The notes beneath the pieces were generated by a model. That model was given only the letters and a program-made list of their open reading frames with translations. It was not told the DNA's origin and searched no databases. From Hyalangium minutum (GTDB taxonomy: Bacteria > Myxococcota > Myxococcia > Myxococcales > Myxococcaceae), in assembly GCF_000737315.1 (NCBI RefSeq), contig NZ_JMCB01000022.1, positions 62,001 through 126,000 of the forward strand: a stretch of DNA of 64,000 nt, written 5' to 3'. Positions 11,405-22,300 of this stretch are shown here, in pieces; the first letter of the stretch is position 1, and every line of letters starts with the position of its first letter. Position numbers and translations under genes: made by a program.

Positions 11405-12085
11405 ATGCCCTGTCTCTCAACGGTGTTTCCTGGCCCATGGGGGCGTCGCGGCGTGCTCGGAGTGTGGTTGCGCAGAGGGCTCCTCGGGAGCGCGCTGGCA
11501 TTGGCGGCCCTGGTGGCCGTGTCGCACTTTGTGAAGGTGCGGTACGAGGACCGCATCGTCCCCCTGAGCGCGGCTCCCGAGGCCCCCGTGGTGCTCGTCT
11601 TTGGAGCGGGCCTGGCGCCGGGAGGGGTGCCCTCGCCGGTGCTGGCCCAGCGGCTGGACACGGCGATTGCCCTCTGGAAGAGCGGCAAGGCCCAGGCGGT
11701 GCTCGTCAGCGGGGACAACTCGGACCGCTTCCATGACGAGACCCGGGCCATGCGCCGCTACATGGTGCAGCACGGGCTGCCCGAGCAGGCGGTACTGGGA
11801 GACGACTCGGGGCTGTCCACCTATGACAGTTGCGTGCGCGCCTTCACCGTCTTCCATGTCCGCAAGGCGCTGCTGGTGACCCAGCGCTTCCACCTGCCTC
11901 GAGCGCTCTACATCGCCAACTCGGTGGGCATGGACGCGTGGGGCGTGGCGGCGGATGAGGGCCGGCCCTCCACCCGGCGCTACGCGGTGCGCGAGACACT
12001 CTCCCGGGTGCTGGCGCTGGTGATGGTGGCCCTGGAGAGGGAGCCTGCCTACCCGGCGGGCCGGGCGCCGAGCGTGGCCCGCTGA
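11405..12085 (+). CDS. SanA/YdcF (DUF218) family protein
   Basis: N-terminal TM, VFGAG, RLDTA, VSGDN, GLSTYDS, TQRFHLPRA. Confidence 0.85.
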   Translation: MPCLSTVFPGPWGRRGVLGVWLRRGLLGSALALAALVAVSHFVKVRYEDRIVPLSAAPEAPVVLVFGAGLAPGGVPSPVLAQRLDTAIALWKSGKAQAVLVSGDNSDRFHDETRAMRRYMVQHGLPEQAVLGDDSGLSTYDSCVRAFTVFHVRKALLVTQRFHLPRALYIANSVGMDAWGVAADEGRPSTRRYAVRETLSRVLALVMVALEREPAYPAGRAPSVAR

Positions 12086-12215
12086 AGGGCCGCCGAGGGC
12101 TTCAAAAGGAAGAGGGCAGGCAGGCGGGCAGCGCTCGTTGCCGCGCCCCCCAGGGCTCCGCACTGTTAGCGCGAAAGCAGCCGACCCACCGAGTTCCTCG
12201 GAAGGAGGAAGGATC

Positions 12216-12488
12216 ATGCGCTTCAAGAAGCTGGGTTCGGAGGATGTGGGCGAGGCAACCTCGCGGCGCCATGTGGACCCGGTGACGGGACAGGAAGAGG
12301 TGAACATCACCGACCAGGACCTGGCCGCCACCCCGCCGCTGGAAGAGGAGCCTGACTTCCGCGACATCCTCCCAGATCAGATTCACGAGTTCCGCCGCAG
12401 CGATGAGGAAGAGGAAGAGCGCGAGCTGACGGCGCGGCCCAGCGAGCAGCTGCGTCCGATCCAGAAGAACGAGCTGCCCGAGGGGTAG
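12216..12488 (+). CDS. Small acidic hypothetical protein
   Basis: GGAGGAAGG RBS before ATG 12216; 90 aa, Glu/Asp-rich. Confidence 0.65.
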   Translation: MRFKKLGSEDVGEATSRRHVDPVTGQEEVNITDQDLAATPPLEEEPDFRDILPDQIHEFRRSDEEEEERELTARPSEQLRPIQKNELPEG

Positions 12489-12492
12489 CCGC

Positions 12493-13614
12493 GTGACTCC
12501 GGCGTCGCGGCCGCGCTCCCAGGTGTCGCCCCGCACGGTGTGGACCGTGGGGCTCAACGTGGTGGCGCTCCTGGCGGTGCTCAGCGTGGTGCGAGCGGCC
12601 AGCAATGCCCTCTCGTGGGTGCTGCTGGCGCTCTTCCTGGCGCTGGCGGCCCATCCGCTGGTGGCGAGGCTCGAGCGCCTGGGCCTGCGCCGGGGGCTGG
12701 CGGTCGCGCTCATCTTCGTGGCCACCCTGAGTGGGGTGGCGGCCCTGCTGACGACGTTCGTGCCCATGCTGGTGGACCAGGCGCGGGCACTGGTGGAAGC
12801 GGGCCCGGGTCTCATCGAGTCCCTGCGCCACCAGGGGTGGTTGGCACGGCTGGACGCGCGTCACCACCTCTTCGACCGGCTCTCGGACGAGGCACGCCAG
12901 CGCCTCCCGAGCGCGGCCATGCCCGTGCTGGGCGTGGTGGGAGGCATCCTTCATCACCTGGCCGCATTCATCACGGTCATCGTGCTGGCAGCCTTCTTCC
13001 TCGCCTTCGGCAAGGACCTGTTCGAGAAGGCGCTGCTCTGGCTGCCTCCGGGCCAGCGAGGACATTGGGAGGAGCTGGGCCTGCGGATGCACCGCACCGT
13101 GGGCCGCTACGTGGCCGGCTCGGTCTCCATCTCGCTCATTGGCGGCGTGGTGACGACCGTGACGCTGCTGCTGCTGGGAGTGCCCTACTTCCTGCCGCTG
13201 GGCCTCATCATGGCGGTGCTGGGGCTCATCCCCTTCATTGGAGCGTTCCTCGGCGGCGTGCTCATCATCGGGACGACGTTCGCCTCGGCCGGGACGCATG
13301 CGGGCTTCATCTCGCTGGCGGTGTTCCTGGCGTACCAGCAGGTGGAGAACCACTTGCTCCAGCCCTTCATCCAGCAGCGCACCCTGCGCATGAACCCGCT
13401 GCTCATCGCGCTGGCGATGCTGGCGGGCACCGCGTTCGCGGGCATCCTCGGAGCGCTGCTGGCCCTGCCTGTGGCGGGCGCCCTGCAGATCCTCGCGCAG
13501 GACATCCTCACGCATCGCCAGGCACGGTGGGCCCTGGAGGGGAAGGACGACACCCTCACGCTTCCGCCTCGGCCTCCGCTCCCTGAAAAGGAGGGGACCG
13601 AGGCACGGCACTGA
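12493..13614 (+). CDS. AI-2E (PerM) family transporter
   Basis: Multiple TMs, LIPFIG, YQQVENHLLQP, GILGALLALP. Confidence 0.9.
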   Translation: MTPASRPRSQVSPRTVWTVGLNVVALLAVLSVVRAASNALSWVLLALFLALAAHPLVARLERLGLRRGLAVALIFVATLSGVAALLTTFVPMLVDQARALVEAGPGLIESLRHQGWLARLDARHHLFDRLSDEARQRLPSAAMPVLGVVGGILHHLAAFITVIVLAAFFLAFGKDLFEKALLWLPPGQRGHWEELGLRMHRTVGRYVAGSVSISLIGGVVTTVTLLLLGVPYFLPLGLIMAVLGLIPFIGAFLGGVLIIGTTFASAGTHAGFISLAVFLAYQQVENHLLQPFIQQRTLRMNPLLIALAMLAGTAFAGILGALLALPVAGALQILAQDILTHRQARWALEGKDDTLTLPPRPPLPEKEGTEARH

Positions 13615-13674
13615 GCGCCCCGGGCAGAAGCTTCGCGCTTCTCTCCCCCGGGGAACTTCACAGGCCCCAAAGGC

Positions 13675-14775
13675 TCAGCGCCTGCGCGCCGCAGCCTTCT
13701 TCGCGGGAGCCTTCTTGGCTGCTGCCTTCTTCGCGGGAGCCTTCTTGGCTGCCACCTTCTTCGCGGGAGCCTTCTTGGCTGCTGCCTTCTTCGCAGGCGC
13801 CTTCTTGGCTGCTGCCTTCTTCGCAGGCGCCTTCTTGGCTGCCGCCTTCTTCGCGGGAGCCTTCTTCGATGCCGTCCGAGCCGCGGCCTTCTTGGCAGGC
13901 GCAGCAGGCTTCTCCGCAGGAGCAGCCTTGAGGTTCTCGATGCGCCGCTCGGCGGCAATCACCGCGGCAGTCTCCAGCCCTGCCTCCGCCTTGGCCGGTT
14001 CCTTCTTGGCCGGTTCCTTGGCCGCAGGCTCCTTCTTCACCGGCTCCTTCTTGGCGGGCTTGCTCGTGAGGCTCTTCACACGCCGCTCGGCGGCAATCAC
14101 CGCAGGCGTGTCCAGCTTCACACCGACCCCGGCCTTGGGAGCCTTCCCGCTCTTGGGAGCGCGCGGCCCCTCCTCATACTCGTACTGGAGCTCCTGGACC
14201 TCGGCCTTCTCTTCCTCGGCCTCCTCGTCACCGGCGAGCTCGGTCAGCGCACCCTCCACGGCAGCAATGGCTCGGGCGAAGGTGCGCTCGCCGAACTCCT
14301 CCTGCTCCACCGGAGGCACCAGCACATTCAGCATGTTCGCCAGCGAGCGGTAGAAGCGCATCTCCCGCTTCTCCTCGTCCCAGCTGCCGTAAATCCAGTC
14401 CTCGGCCCCGAGCGCCTGCACCCACTCTGGCAGCGGCCCGCCCCCATCGCCCTGCTCCACCATGGCGGACTTGCGCGCCGTATACAGGTGGCGGTGCGGG
14501 CCCTTCACCCCGAAGCGCCACACCCCCGCCACCGGCAGCCCGACGATCGCCTTGCGCGTCTTCTCCAGCACGCTGGCCTGCTCGCCCTCACCGTGCAGGG
14601 GGAAGAGCATCACTTCCCCCTCGAACGAACCGCCATTGAAGGCCGCATACAAGTCGCCCAGCTCGCCCGGCAGCGGCACCCCGGCCTCCGTCTCGGCCCG
14701 CCGCAACTCCTCTGCGGCCACCCCGGGGGACTTCGTCTTCGCTGACTTCTGCAGTGCCTCCAACCACTCGTGCAT
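13675..14775 (-). CDS. SMI1/KNR4 domain protein with histone-H1-like Lys/Ala tail
   Basis: EELRRAETEAGVPLPGELGDLYAAFNGG (SMI1/KNR4-like); C-terminal (KKAPAKKAAA)x6. Confidence 0.75.
   Translation of the reverse strand: MHEWLEALQKSAKTKSPGVAAEELRRAETEAGVPLPGELGDLYAAFNGGSFEGEVMLFPLHGEGEQASVLEKTRKAIVGLPVAGVWRFGVKGPHRHLYTARKSAMVEQGDGGGPLPEWVQALGAEDWIYGSWDEEKREMRFYRSLANMLNVLVPPVEQEEFGERTFARAIAAVEGALTELAGDEEAEEEKAEVQELQYEYEEGPRAPKSGKAPKAGVGVKLDTPAVIAAERRVKSLTSKPAKKEPVKKEPAAKEPAKKEPAKAEAGLETAAVIAAERRIENLKAAPAEKPAAPAKKAAARTASKKAPAKKAAAKKAPAKKAAAKKAPAKKAAAKKAPAKKVAAKKAPAKKAAAKKAPAKKAAARRR
13691..13870 (-). repeat. Six tandem 30-bp coding repeats (KKAPAKKAAA)
   Basis: Unit GC(A/T/C)GCCTTCTTCGC(G/A)GG(A/C)GCCTTCTTGGCT repeated six times, in frame. 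Confidence 0.92.
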
Positions 14776-15087
14776 GGCCCCTCCACGATTCAGCGACGCC
14801 ACGTTCAGGCGTCCAGGCCTCGCTGCGCAGTGACAATGTCGGTATTCGTGCGCAGACTGGCCAGGGAAAGCGTGATGTCAGGCGGAGTTCTACACCGCTC
14901 TGCCCCTCTCCCAGCGAATCTTCACGCATCCGGGTGACGTTTCTGCTCGCCAGGGAGGGCACGGCACCTGCCCGCCCATGCCCTCGGATTGCCCACGGTG
15001 GGAAATTCTTTCCCCATTTGGAGGGCTTGCCTTTTCGCTCGCCTGATCGCCTGGGCACCCCAGCTTCCACCAGCGGACACCTGGCCA

Positions 15088-15103
15088 GGCACGTGGCCTG
15101 CAC
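15088..15103 (+). promoter_or_regulatory. Candidate sigma54 promoter for the CotH-like gene
   Basis: AGGCACG-TGGC-CTGCA with correct GG/GC 12-nt spacing, 27 nt before ATG 15131. Confidence 0.4.
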
Positions 15104-15130
15104 GGTCTACGGCCTTGGAACGGAGGGGCT

Positions 15131-16945
15131 ATGGGGCGTTGGGGTTGGCTGCTGGTGTTGAGCGTGGCAGGACTGGTGGCATGTGGGCCTGAGACCCCAA
15201 TGCCCCCGAAAAACGACCCGGGGAGTACAGGAACGGACGTTCTGCCCTCGCTGCCGGATGCGGGGCCGGGGGATGGCGGAGACGTGGACACCCCGCCGCT
15301 TCCACCGGACAACGGCCTCCCGGATGCGGGACCGCCGGATGCGGGGCCGCCGGATGCGGGCCCACGCTGGGGGGAGTACCCCCCGGTGCAGACGCGGGTG
15401 CCCGTCTTCGAGCTGCAGATTGCCCAGGCGGACCTGGACTGGCTGGACGCGAACCCCACCTCGGACAGGGAGGTGCCGGTGGTGGTGGTGCTCGACGGGG
15501 AGCGCGCTCCCGGCCTGGTGCGCTACCGCGGCGCGAGCACCCGGACGCTGCCTCAGAAGAGCTTCAAGATCGAGCTGGATCCTGGCTACGAGCTGGAGGA
15601 CCGCGACCACTTCGAGCTGCTGGCCGAGTGGTACGACAGCGCCAAGCTGACGGAGAAGTTCGCGGTGGACCTCTATACCGCCATGGGGCTGCCGGTGCCG
15701 CGCGCCCGCTTCACCCGGGTGAAGCTCAACGGCCAGGACAACGGCCTGTACCTGGACATGGAGCACGTGGGGAAGGACTACCTCAAGCACCACGCCATGG
15801 AGCGCAATGCCTCCATCTACCGGTGCGGGGCTCGCAACTGCGAGATGACGCTCCGCTACAACTCCGCCTACCAGCAGGACTTCGAGAAGAAGACCAACGA
15901 GGACACGGGCCGCGAGGACCTCGACCAGTTCCTCACGCGGCTGAACCGCACGGATGACGCGGACTTCGAGACGAAGGTGGACCGCTACATGAACCTCGAG
16001 TCCTACCTGGGCAACATGGTCGCGGACGCGCTCATCTCCAACAACGTCATCGAGGACTCGAAGAGCTACTGGATCCACGAGCACACGAAGGACCGCTGGG
16101 AGTACGTGCCCTGGGACTTGAACAACGCGCAGATGCTCTTCTGGCGCACGTGGAACCCGGACGATCCGCCCATCACCAACCGCTGGCCGCAGACCTTCAG
16201 TGCGTATGACCCGTGGGTGCAGCGCATCTACGAGGAGCGCCTGGTGGACCGTCCCGGCCAGCAGCCGACGTGGAATGTCATCAACACGCGCATCTGGGAC
16301 CATCCCGCGCTGCGCGCCCGCCTGCTGGCGAAGCTCGAGGCGGCGCTGGCGGGCCCCTTCTCGGAGGCGAAGGCGAACGCGCACATCGACAAGCTGTGGG
16401 CCGTGGTAGAGCCGCAGCTGGCCGCGGACCCGTACGTCTCCCGCGAGCACGTGGCGCGGGCCCGGAACTTCCTGAAGCAGTACGTGCGCAACCGCGCCAT
16501 CTTCCTCCGCGGCCTGATGAGCACGCTGAGGGCCCACGGGAGCGGTCCCCTGGTCATCCGGGAGATCAACGCGGGCAGCGCGGGCTACATCGAGCTCGTC
16601 AACCGGGACACCCTGCCGATGATGCTGGAGGGCTACGAGCTGACGAACGACCTGCGCGCCACCACGCGCTACCGGCTGCCCACCGTGAACCTGGCCCCTG
16701 GACAGACGGTGCGCTTCATGGCCACCGGGAACACGGCGCTGGGCCCCATGCACCTGCCGTTCACCCTCTCCCGCTCGGGCGGCGAGGTGGGCCTGTTCGA
16801 CGGCAAGTGCGTGTCGGCCGCCGGGAAGCAGCTCGTGTACTCGCCGGTGGACACCCTCTATTACGGGCCCATTCCGTACGGGACCGTGTACGGGCGCAAG
16901 ACGCCCCAGAGCGAGGACTTCGAGCGAAGGCCGCTGGCGCAGTAA
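15131..16945 (+). CDS. CotH kinase family lipoprotein with C-terminal lamin-tail-like domain
   Basis: Lipobox LVAC; RYRGAST..KSFKI, NGLYLDME, YVPWDLNN; LVIREINA..YIELVN C-terminal domain. Confidence 0.85.
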   Translation: MGRWGWLLVLSVAGLVACGPETPMPPKNDPGSTGTDVLPSLPDAGPGDGGDVDTPPLPPDNGLPDAGPPDAGPPDAGPRWGEYPPVQTRVPVFELQIAQADLDWLDANPTSDREVPVVVVLDGERAPGLVRYRGASTRTLPQKSFKIELDPGYELEDRDHFELLAEWYDSAKLTEKFAVDLYTAMGLPVPRARFTRVKLNGQDNGLYLDMEHVGKDYLKHHAMERNASIYRCGARNCEMTLRYNSAYQQDFEKKTNEDTGREDLDQFLTRLNRTDDADFETKVDRYMNLESYLGNMVADALISNNVIEDSKSYWIHEHTKDRWEYVPWDLNNAQMLFWRTWNPDDPPITNRWPQTFSAYDPWVQRIYEERLVDRPGQQPTWNVINTRIWDHPALRARLLAKLEAALAGPFSEAKANAHIDKLWAVVEPQLAADPYVSREHVARARNFLKQYVRNRAIFLRGLMSTLRAHGSGPLVIREINAGSAGYIELVNRDTLPMMLEGYELTNDLRATTRYRLPTVNLAPGQTVRFMATGNTALGPMHLPFTLSRSGGEVGLFDGKCVSAAGKQLVYSPVDTLYYGPIPYGTVYGRKTPQSEDFERRPLAQ

Positions 16946-16972
16946 CGGCCCGGCCGTTAAGCAAGAGGGACC

Positions 16973-17320
16973 ATGGCGCACCCTCAGACATATGAAGCCA
17001 CCACTGAGACCTTCGACGCCCTGGTGCTGGAGCCTCGGGGCGAGCTGGTGGTGGTGGACTTCTGGGGCGAGGGCTGCCCGAACTGCGACATCTACGCGGC
17101 GGCCGAGCCCGCGCTGCTCGACGAGCTGCAGGATGCGCCCATGCGCGTGGTGAAGGTGAACGCCTACGTGCACGAGGAGCTGGCCAGGCGCTTCGGCCTC
17201 TACGGCATCCCCACCTTCCTGCTGTTCCGGGATGGGCAGCGAATCGGGAAGATGAGCCAGTACTACGGCAAGGAGTACTGGCTCGGCGTCATCCGCGACC
17301 ACCTGCCTCCCAAAGCCTGA
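16973..17320 (+). CDS. Thioredoxin family protein (CPNC)
   Basis: VVVDFWGEGCPNC, GIPTFLLF. Confidence 0.88.
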   Translation: MAHPQTYEATTETFDALVLEPRGELVVVDFWGEGCPNCDIYAAAEPALLDELQDAPMRVVKVNAYVHEELARRFGLYGIPTFLLFRDGQRIGKMSQYYGKEYWLGVIRDHLPPKA

Positions 17321-17338
17321 ACGACGGCCTGAGCCGGC

Positions 17339-19201
17339 TCAGGCGCTCTGGAGCTCGCCGTTGGACGGGGGCTGTCCGCCGTCGTCCAGCGGCGCCACCG
17401 TCTCGAACGACGTCTCCGCGGAGGGAGGGCCTCCCGGCTCGGGGGGCAGCGGAGAGGGCCCGCTCAAGTCAATGCCCTCCAGGCTGCCGACGCGGAAGAA
17501 GGACGTGAGCCGCCGCAGCGCGTCCGCCTGCACGGCCAGGGCCTCGGCCTCACGCGCCAGGCCCTCCGCGGACGTCGCGTTGGCCGTCGTGGAGCCCTCC
17601 ACGGCCGCCATGGCCTCGCTCATCATGCCCACGGCGGTGGACTGCTCTCGGGTGGAGGCCGCCACCTCGTGCACCAGGTCCGCCGTGCGGCGGATGGAGG
17701 GCACCAGCTCCTTCAGCTGACGGCCGGACTCCTCCGCCACGGCGCGGCTCTGGATGGCCAGCTCGCCAATCTCGCGCGCGGCGGACTTGCTGCGCTCGGC
17801 CAGCCGGCGGACCTCTCCGGCCACCACGCTGAAGCCCTTGCCGTGCTCGCCAGCACGGATGGCCTCGATGGCGGCGTTGAGGGCCAGCATGTTCGTCTGG
17901 TGCGCGAACTCCTCGATGTGCGACACGTTCGTGGAGATGCGGCGCATGGCGTCCACCGTCTCGCCCACCGCCTTGCCGCTCTTCTCGGCGTTGAGGGCGC
18001 CCACGCGGGCCTCCTCCTCCATCTTCCGGCAGCTGTCGGTGTTGCGCAGCACCGCTGCGTTGATCTCCTTGAGCGTGTGCGCGTTCTCCTCGGTGATGGC
18101 GGCCTGGTCCCTCGCGCCATGCGCCAGCGCCTGCGAGGAGGCCGCCAGCAGCGCGGAGGCCGAGGCGAGCGAGGCGGCTCCGGCGCGCACCTCGGCGACA
18201 ATCTTGGTCAGCCGGCCCACCGCCTCTCCCAGCGCCTTGCCCAGCGCATCCTGCTCCGAGCGCGGCATCATCCGCACCGTCAGGTCGCCGTGGGCCAGGC
18301 CCACCGCCATGGCCACCATCTGTTGCATCGAGCGCGCCATGTCCAACGTGGAGCGCAGCAGCAGGGCGATCTCATCCTGGGTGTCCGCCTCCAAGTCCAA
18401 GGCCTGCTCGCCCTCCTCCAGCAGCTCCAGCTCGCCGCGCGACAGGCGCATCGTCATGCGGGTGAGCCGCGCCACCGGCTCGATGATGATGCGAGAAATC
18501 CACCACGCCAGCGCGAGCCCCAGGGCGCTCAGCACCAGCCCGAGCAAGGGCAGCAGCACGCGCAGCCAGAGGAAGGAGCTCTCAGCGCTGTGGTGAGACA
18601 GCTCGGCGAAGCGGCGGTTGAGGGCCTGCAGCCAGCCCGTGGCCTCCGCCAGCCGCGTCAGGGCGGAGTCGAGCTGCTGCTCGTCCACGTGCACCTCGCC
18701 CAGGAGGATCTGCTCCTTCAGGGGCTGGTAGCCCGCGGCGCCCACCTCGAACAGCTCCAGGGCGGAGGCCTCGTCCATCTCCAGCTTCTGCTCGCTCGTG
18801 CTGGACAGGATGTCCATGAAGACGGAGCGCTTGGAGACCACCCACTCCTTCTTGTACCGGGCCACGAAGTCCAGCAGCGCGTCCTGGTGCTCCTTCACCC
18901 GGGCCGCGCGCACGGTGCGCTCTTTCTGAAGGCGCTTGGCTTGCTCTGGGGGGAGGTTGGCCTCGTCCTTCTTGAGGGGGAGTCGCGCCATGAGCCGCAG
19001 CTCACCCGAGAGCGCCTCGCGGTGCGAGTTGGCCTCCTCGAGCGCGACGATGGGCATGAGCATGAAGCCGTACAGGTTGTCGTGGTCGGACTGGAGCGCC
19101 CACGTGCCTCGCAGTGCCACCAGCACCACGAAGACCACCGACACCGGGATGAGTACGGCGATGAGGGCCAGCTTCCAGAACAGCTTGAGACGACGGACCA
19201 T
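17339..19201 (-). CDS. Orphan methyl-accepting chemotaxis protein
   Basis: Two TMs, [41 protein letters not shown]. Confidence 0.93.
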   Translation of the reverse strand: MVRRLKLFWKLALIAVLIPVSVVFVVLVALRGTWALQSDHDNLYGFMLMPIVALEEANSHREALSGELRLMARLPLKKDEANLPPEQAKRLQKERTVRAARVKEHQDALLDFVARYKKEWVVSKRSVFMDILSSTSEQKLEMDEASALELFEVGAAGYQPLKEQILLGEVHVDEQQLDSALTRLAEATGWLQALNRRFAELSHHSAESSFLWLRVLLPLLGLVLSALGLALAWWISRIIIEPVARLTRMTMRLSRGELELLEEGEQALDLEADTQDEIALLLRSTLDMARSMQQMVAMAVGLAHGDLTVRMMPRSEQDALGKALGEAVGRLTKIVAEVRAGAASLASASALLAASSQALAHGARDQAAITEENAHTLKEINAAVLRNTDSCRKMEEEARVGALNAEKSGKAVGETVDAMRRISTNVSHIEEFAHQTNMLALNAAIEAIRAGEHGKGFSVVAGEVRRLAERSKSAAREIGELAIQSRAVAEESGRQLKELVPSIRRTADLVHEVAASTREQSTAVGMMSEAMAAVEGSTTANATSAEGLAREAEALAVQADALRRLTSFFRVGSLEGIDLSGPSPLPPEPGGPPSAETSFETVAPLDDGGQPPSNGELQSA

Positions 19202-19393
19202 GAGTGAGTCCCCCCGGGCGGGACAGGGCCGTCCCGGAGAAGGAGGCCGGAGTATAGAAATTCTGTACCCCCTACAGACAGTCCCTCGTGTGGGGAAAGC
19301 GTCAATGGGCAGGGCGGCCAGGCGTTCCCAGGAGGGGACAGCCCCCTCCCCCTCTCCCGGCGCGCGGTGGACAGTGCGAGAGTGAGGGCTCGC

Positions 19394-22300
19394 ATGCGTC
19401 TCGTTCTTGCCGTCCTGCTTGCCTCCTTGCCGGCCTTCGCGGCTGAGCCCTGGGATGCGCCGCCGTTCACGGCGGATCCGTCCGCTCTTGCTGGAGCCGC
19501 CGCGGCGCTCCCCACCCCTCCGGGGGCCGAAGTCGAAGTGCTGCTGGAAGAGGGCACCTTCTCCTATGACGCGAAGGGCCGGGAGACCTCCACCTCACGG
19601 CTCGTCTACCGCGTGGTGACACAGGAGGGGGCCAAGAACTGGGCGACCATCGGGGTGGGGTATGCCCCGTGGCACGAGGAGCGCCCCGAGGTGCGCGCCC
19701 GCGTCATCACCCCGGATGGGAAGGCGCATGAGCTGGATCCCTCCACGCTGGCGGACACCAGCCCGGCGGACCGGGAGCCGGAGACGCTGTCGGATCAACG
19801 GCTGCTGCGCGGCCCGCTGCCGGCCATCGTGCCGGGAGCGGTGGTGGAGCAGCTGATCACCACGCGCGAGACGGAGAGCGTGTTCGCCAGTGGGGTGGCG
19901 CGGCGCTTCTTCCTCGGCAAGGAGGTGCCGGTGCGGCGGGTGCGGCTGACGCTGGATGCGCCCCAGGGCCAGCCGCTGAACTTCGTGACGCGGGGCCTGC
20001 GCACCAAGCCTCGGAGGGTGGAGGCGAACGGACGCACCCGGCTCGTCTTCGAGCAAGGCCCGCTGGAGCCCTTGGCCATGCCCGAGCCGTTCCTGCCCGC
20101 GGACGCGGTGACGTGGCCGCACATCGCCTTCTCGACGGGCCGGGCCTGGAATGACCTGGCGCGCCGCTACCACGAGACGGTGGAGGCGCAGCTGGCCGGG
20201 GCGAACCTGGAGCGCACCGCGCAGGAGATTCTGGGTGAGGAGAAGCGCCGGGAGGTGGTGGCGGCGAAGCTGACGAAGTGGATCCACTCGCAGGTGCGCT
20301 ACACGAGCCTCCAGTTTGGCGAGGCCGCCGTGGTGCCGCGCCAGCCCGCCGAGGTGCTCGTGCGGCGCTATGGCGATTGCAAGGACCTGTCCACGCTGCT
20401 GGTGGGGCTGCTGCGGGCGTCGGGGGTACCGGCCTCGGTGGCGCTGCTGCGCACGGGGCTGGAGGACGTGCAGGAGTCACTGCCCGGCTTTGGGCTCTTT
20501 GATCACGCCATCGTCTATATACCGGGGACTCCGGCGCTGTGGATCGACGCGACGGACGCCTTTAGCCCGCCGGGGGTGCTGCCTGCGATGGTGCAGGGGC
20601 GGCTGGCGCTGTTGGCGCACCCGGACACGAAGAGCCTGGTGCGCACGCCCGAGCTGCCGGCCTCGGCCAACCTGACTACCACGACGCGCGAGGTGTTCCT
20701 GTCCGAGCGCGGCCCCTCGCGCATCACCGAGGTGAAGGAGTCCATGGGCACGGTGGCCTCCGCGTACCGCGAGCACTTCGCGCTCACCGAGTCCGCCCGG
20801 GTGCGCGAGGGCTACGTGGACTATGTGAAGAGCGCCTTCTCGGCCTCGGACGTGAAGAAGCTGAACCCGGTGGAGCTGGAGTCCCTGGAGAAGCCGTTCC
20901 GCGTGGAGCTGGAGGTGGAGGAGGCCAGCCGAGGCTACACGGACGACAAGGAGGCGGCGGTGGGGCTCGGCGGGGCGTACCTGCTGGGGCGACTGCCGGA
21001 CTACCTGCTGGAGGAGACCTCGGACGAGCAGCCGAGGGGCAAGCGCCGGGGGGAGCTGGTGCTGCTGGAGCCGTACGTGGCCGAGCTGCGCTACCGGGTG
21101 GCGTCTCCGGCGGGCTACACGCCGAAGCCGCTGCCGAAGAACTTCACGCGCAAGATGGGGCCGGCGACGTACTCGGGCGAGTACGCGCTGATGGGGCGCG
21201 AGGTGAACGTCACCTTCCGCTTCGACACGGGCAAGCGCCGCTGGTCCGCGGCCGAGGTGGAGGCCTTCCGCACGTCGTTCGATGCGATGAGCCAGGAGGA
21301 GGAGTCACTGCTCGGGTTCGAGCATGACGGGGCCTCGCTGCTGGCCGAGGGCCACGTGCCCGAGGCGCTCGAGGTGTACCGCCGCATGGTGGAGCTGCAC
21401 CCGAAGGAGGCGCTGCACCGAGGGCAGCTGGCGCTCGCGCTGCTGGAGGCGGGCGCGGGCGAGGAGGCGCGCACCGAGGCCCGCCGGGGCACCGAGGTGG
21501 AGCCGTCCTCGGCGCTGGGCTGGCGCACGCTGGGGTGGGTGCTGCAGCACGACACGCTGGGGCGCCGCTTCAAGCCGGGCTTCGACCACGCGGGGGCGGT
21601 GGCGGCCTACCGGAAGGCGCGGACGCTGGATCCGACGGACTTCGAGACGCGCGGCGACCTGGGCATCCTGCTGGAGTACGGGCCTCAGGGGGATCGCTAT
21701 GGCGAGGACTCACGCCTGGAAGACGCGGTGGCCGAGTACCTGGCGCTGCGGCAGGACCTGAACCGGAAGGACATGGACGACCACCTGCTGCTCGACCTGT
21801 TCCTGCTGGAGGAGTACGCGGAGCTGCTGAAGCGAGCCAGCGGGATGGAGCCTTCGCCGCTGCGCAACAGCGTGCGGCTGAGCGCGTCGGCGATGGTGGA
21901 CGGGGCGGCGGTGGCGGTGAAGAACGCGGCGAAGTGGGTGCCAACCATGGATGCGCGGCGAGAGGCGCTGGAGGATGCGGCGAACCGGCTGATGCGCCTG
22001 CGCCGCTACCCGGAGGCGCACGCGCTGCTGACCGAGGCTGCCAAGGGAGCGCCGGACGCGGTGGAGAAGCAGCGGCGGCTGATTCCACTGGCGAAGGCAG
22101 TGCGCTTCGAGCCCAAGTCATTGAAGGGGGATGATCCGCGCTCGGTGGTGCAGCGGCTCTTCCTGGCGATGCTGGACGACGAGGGCGGCCAGGCCCAGGT
22201 GGAGAGGCTCCTGCACAAGCCATCGCTGGCAGCGGAGCCGGAGCTGGCGGATGAGGTGATGCGGACGGTGCGGGTGCTGCTGAACCGAGGGGTGCTGGCG

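Noticed and set aside
13691-13870. 30-bp repeats as a CRISPR array
   Set aside because: No unique spacers; in-frame coding repeats
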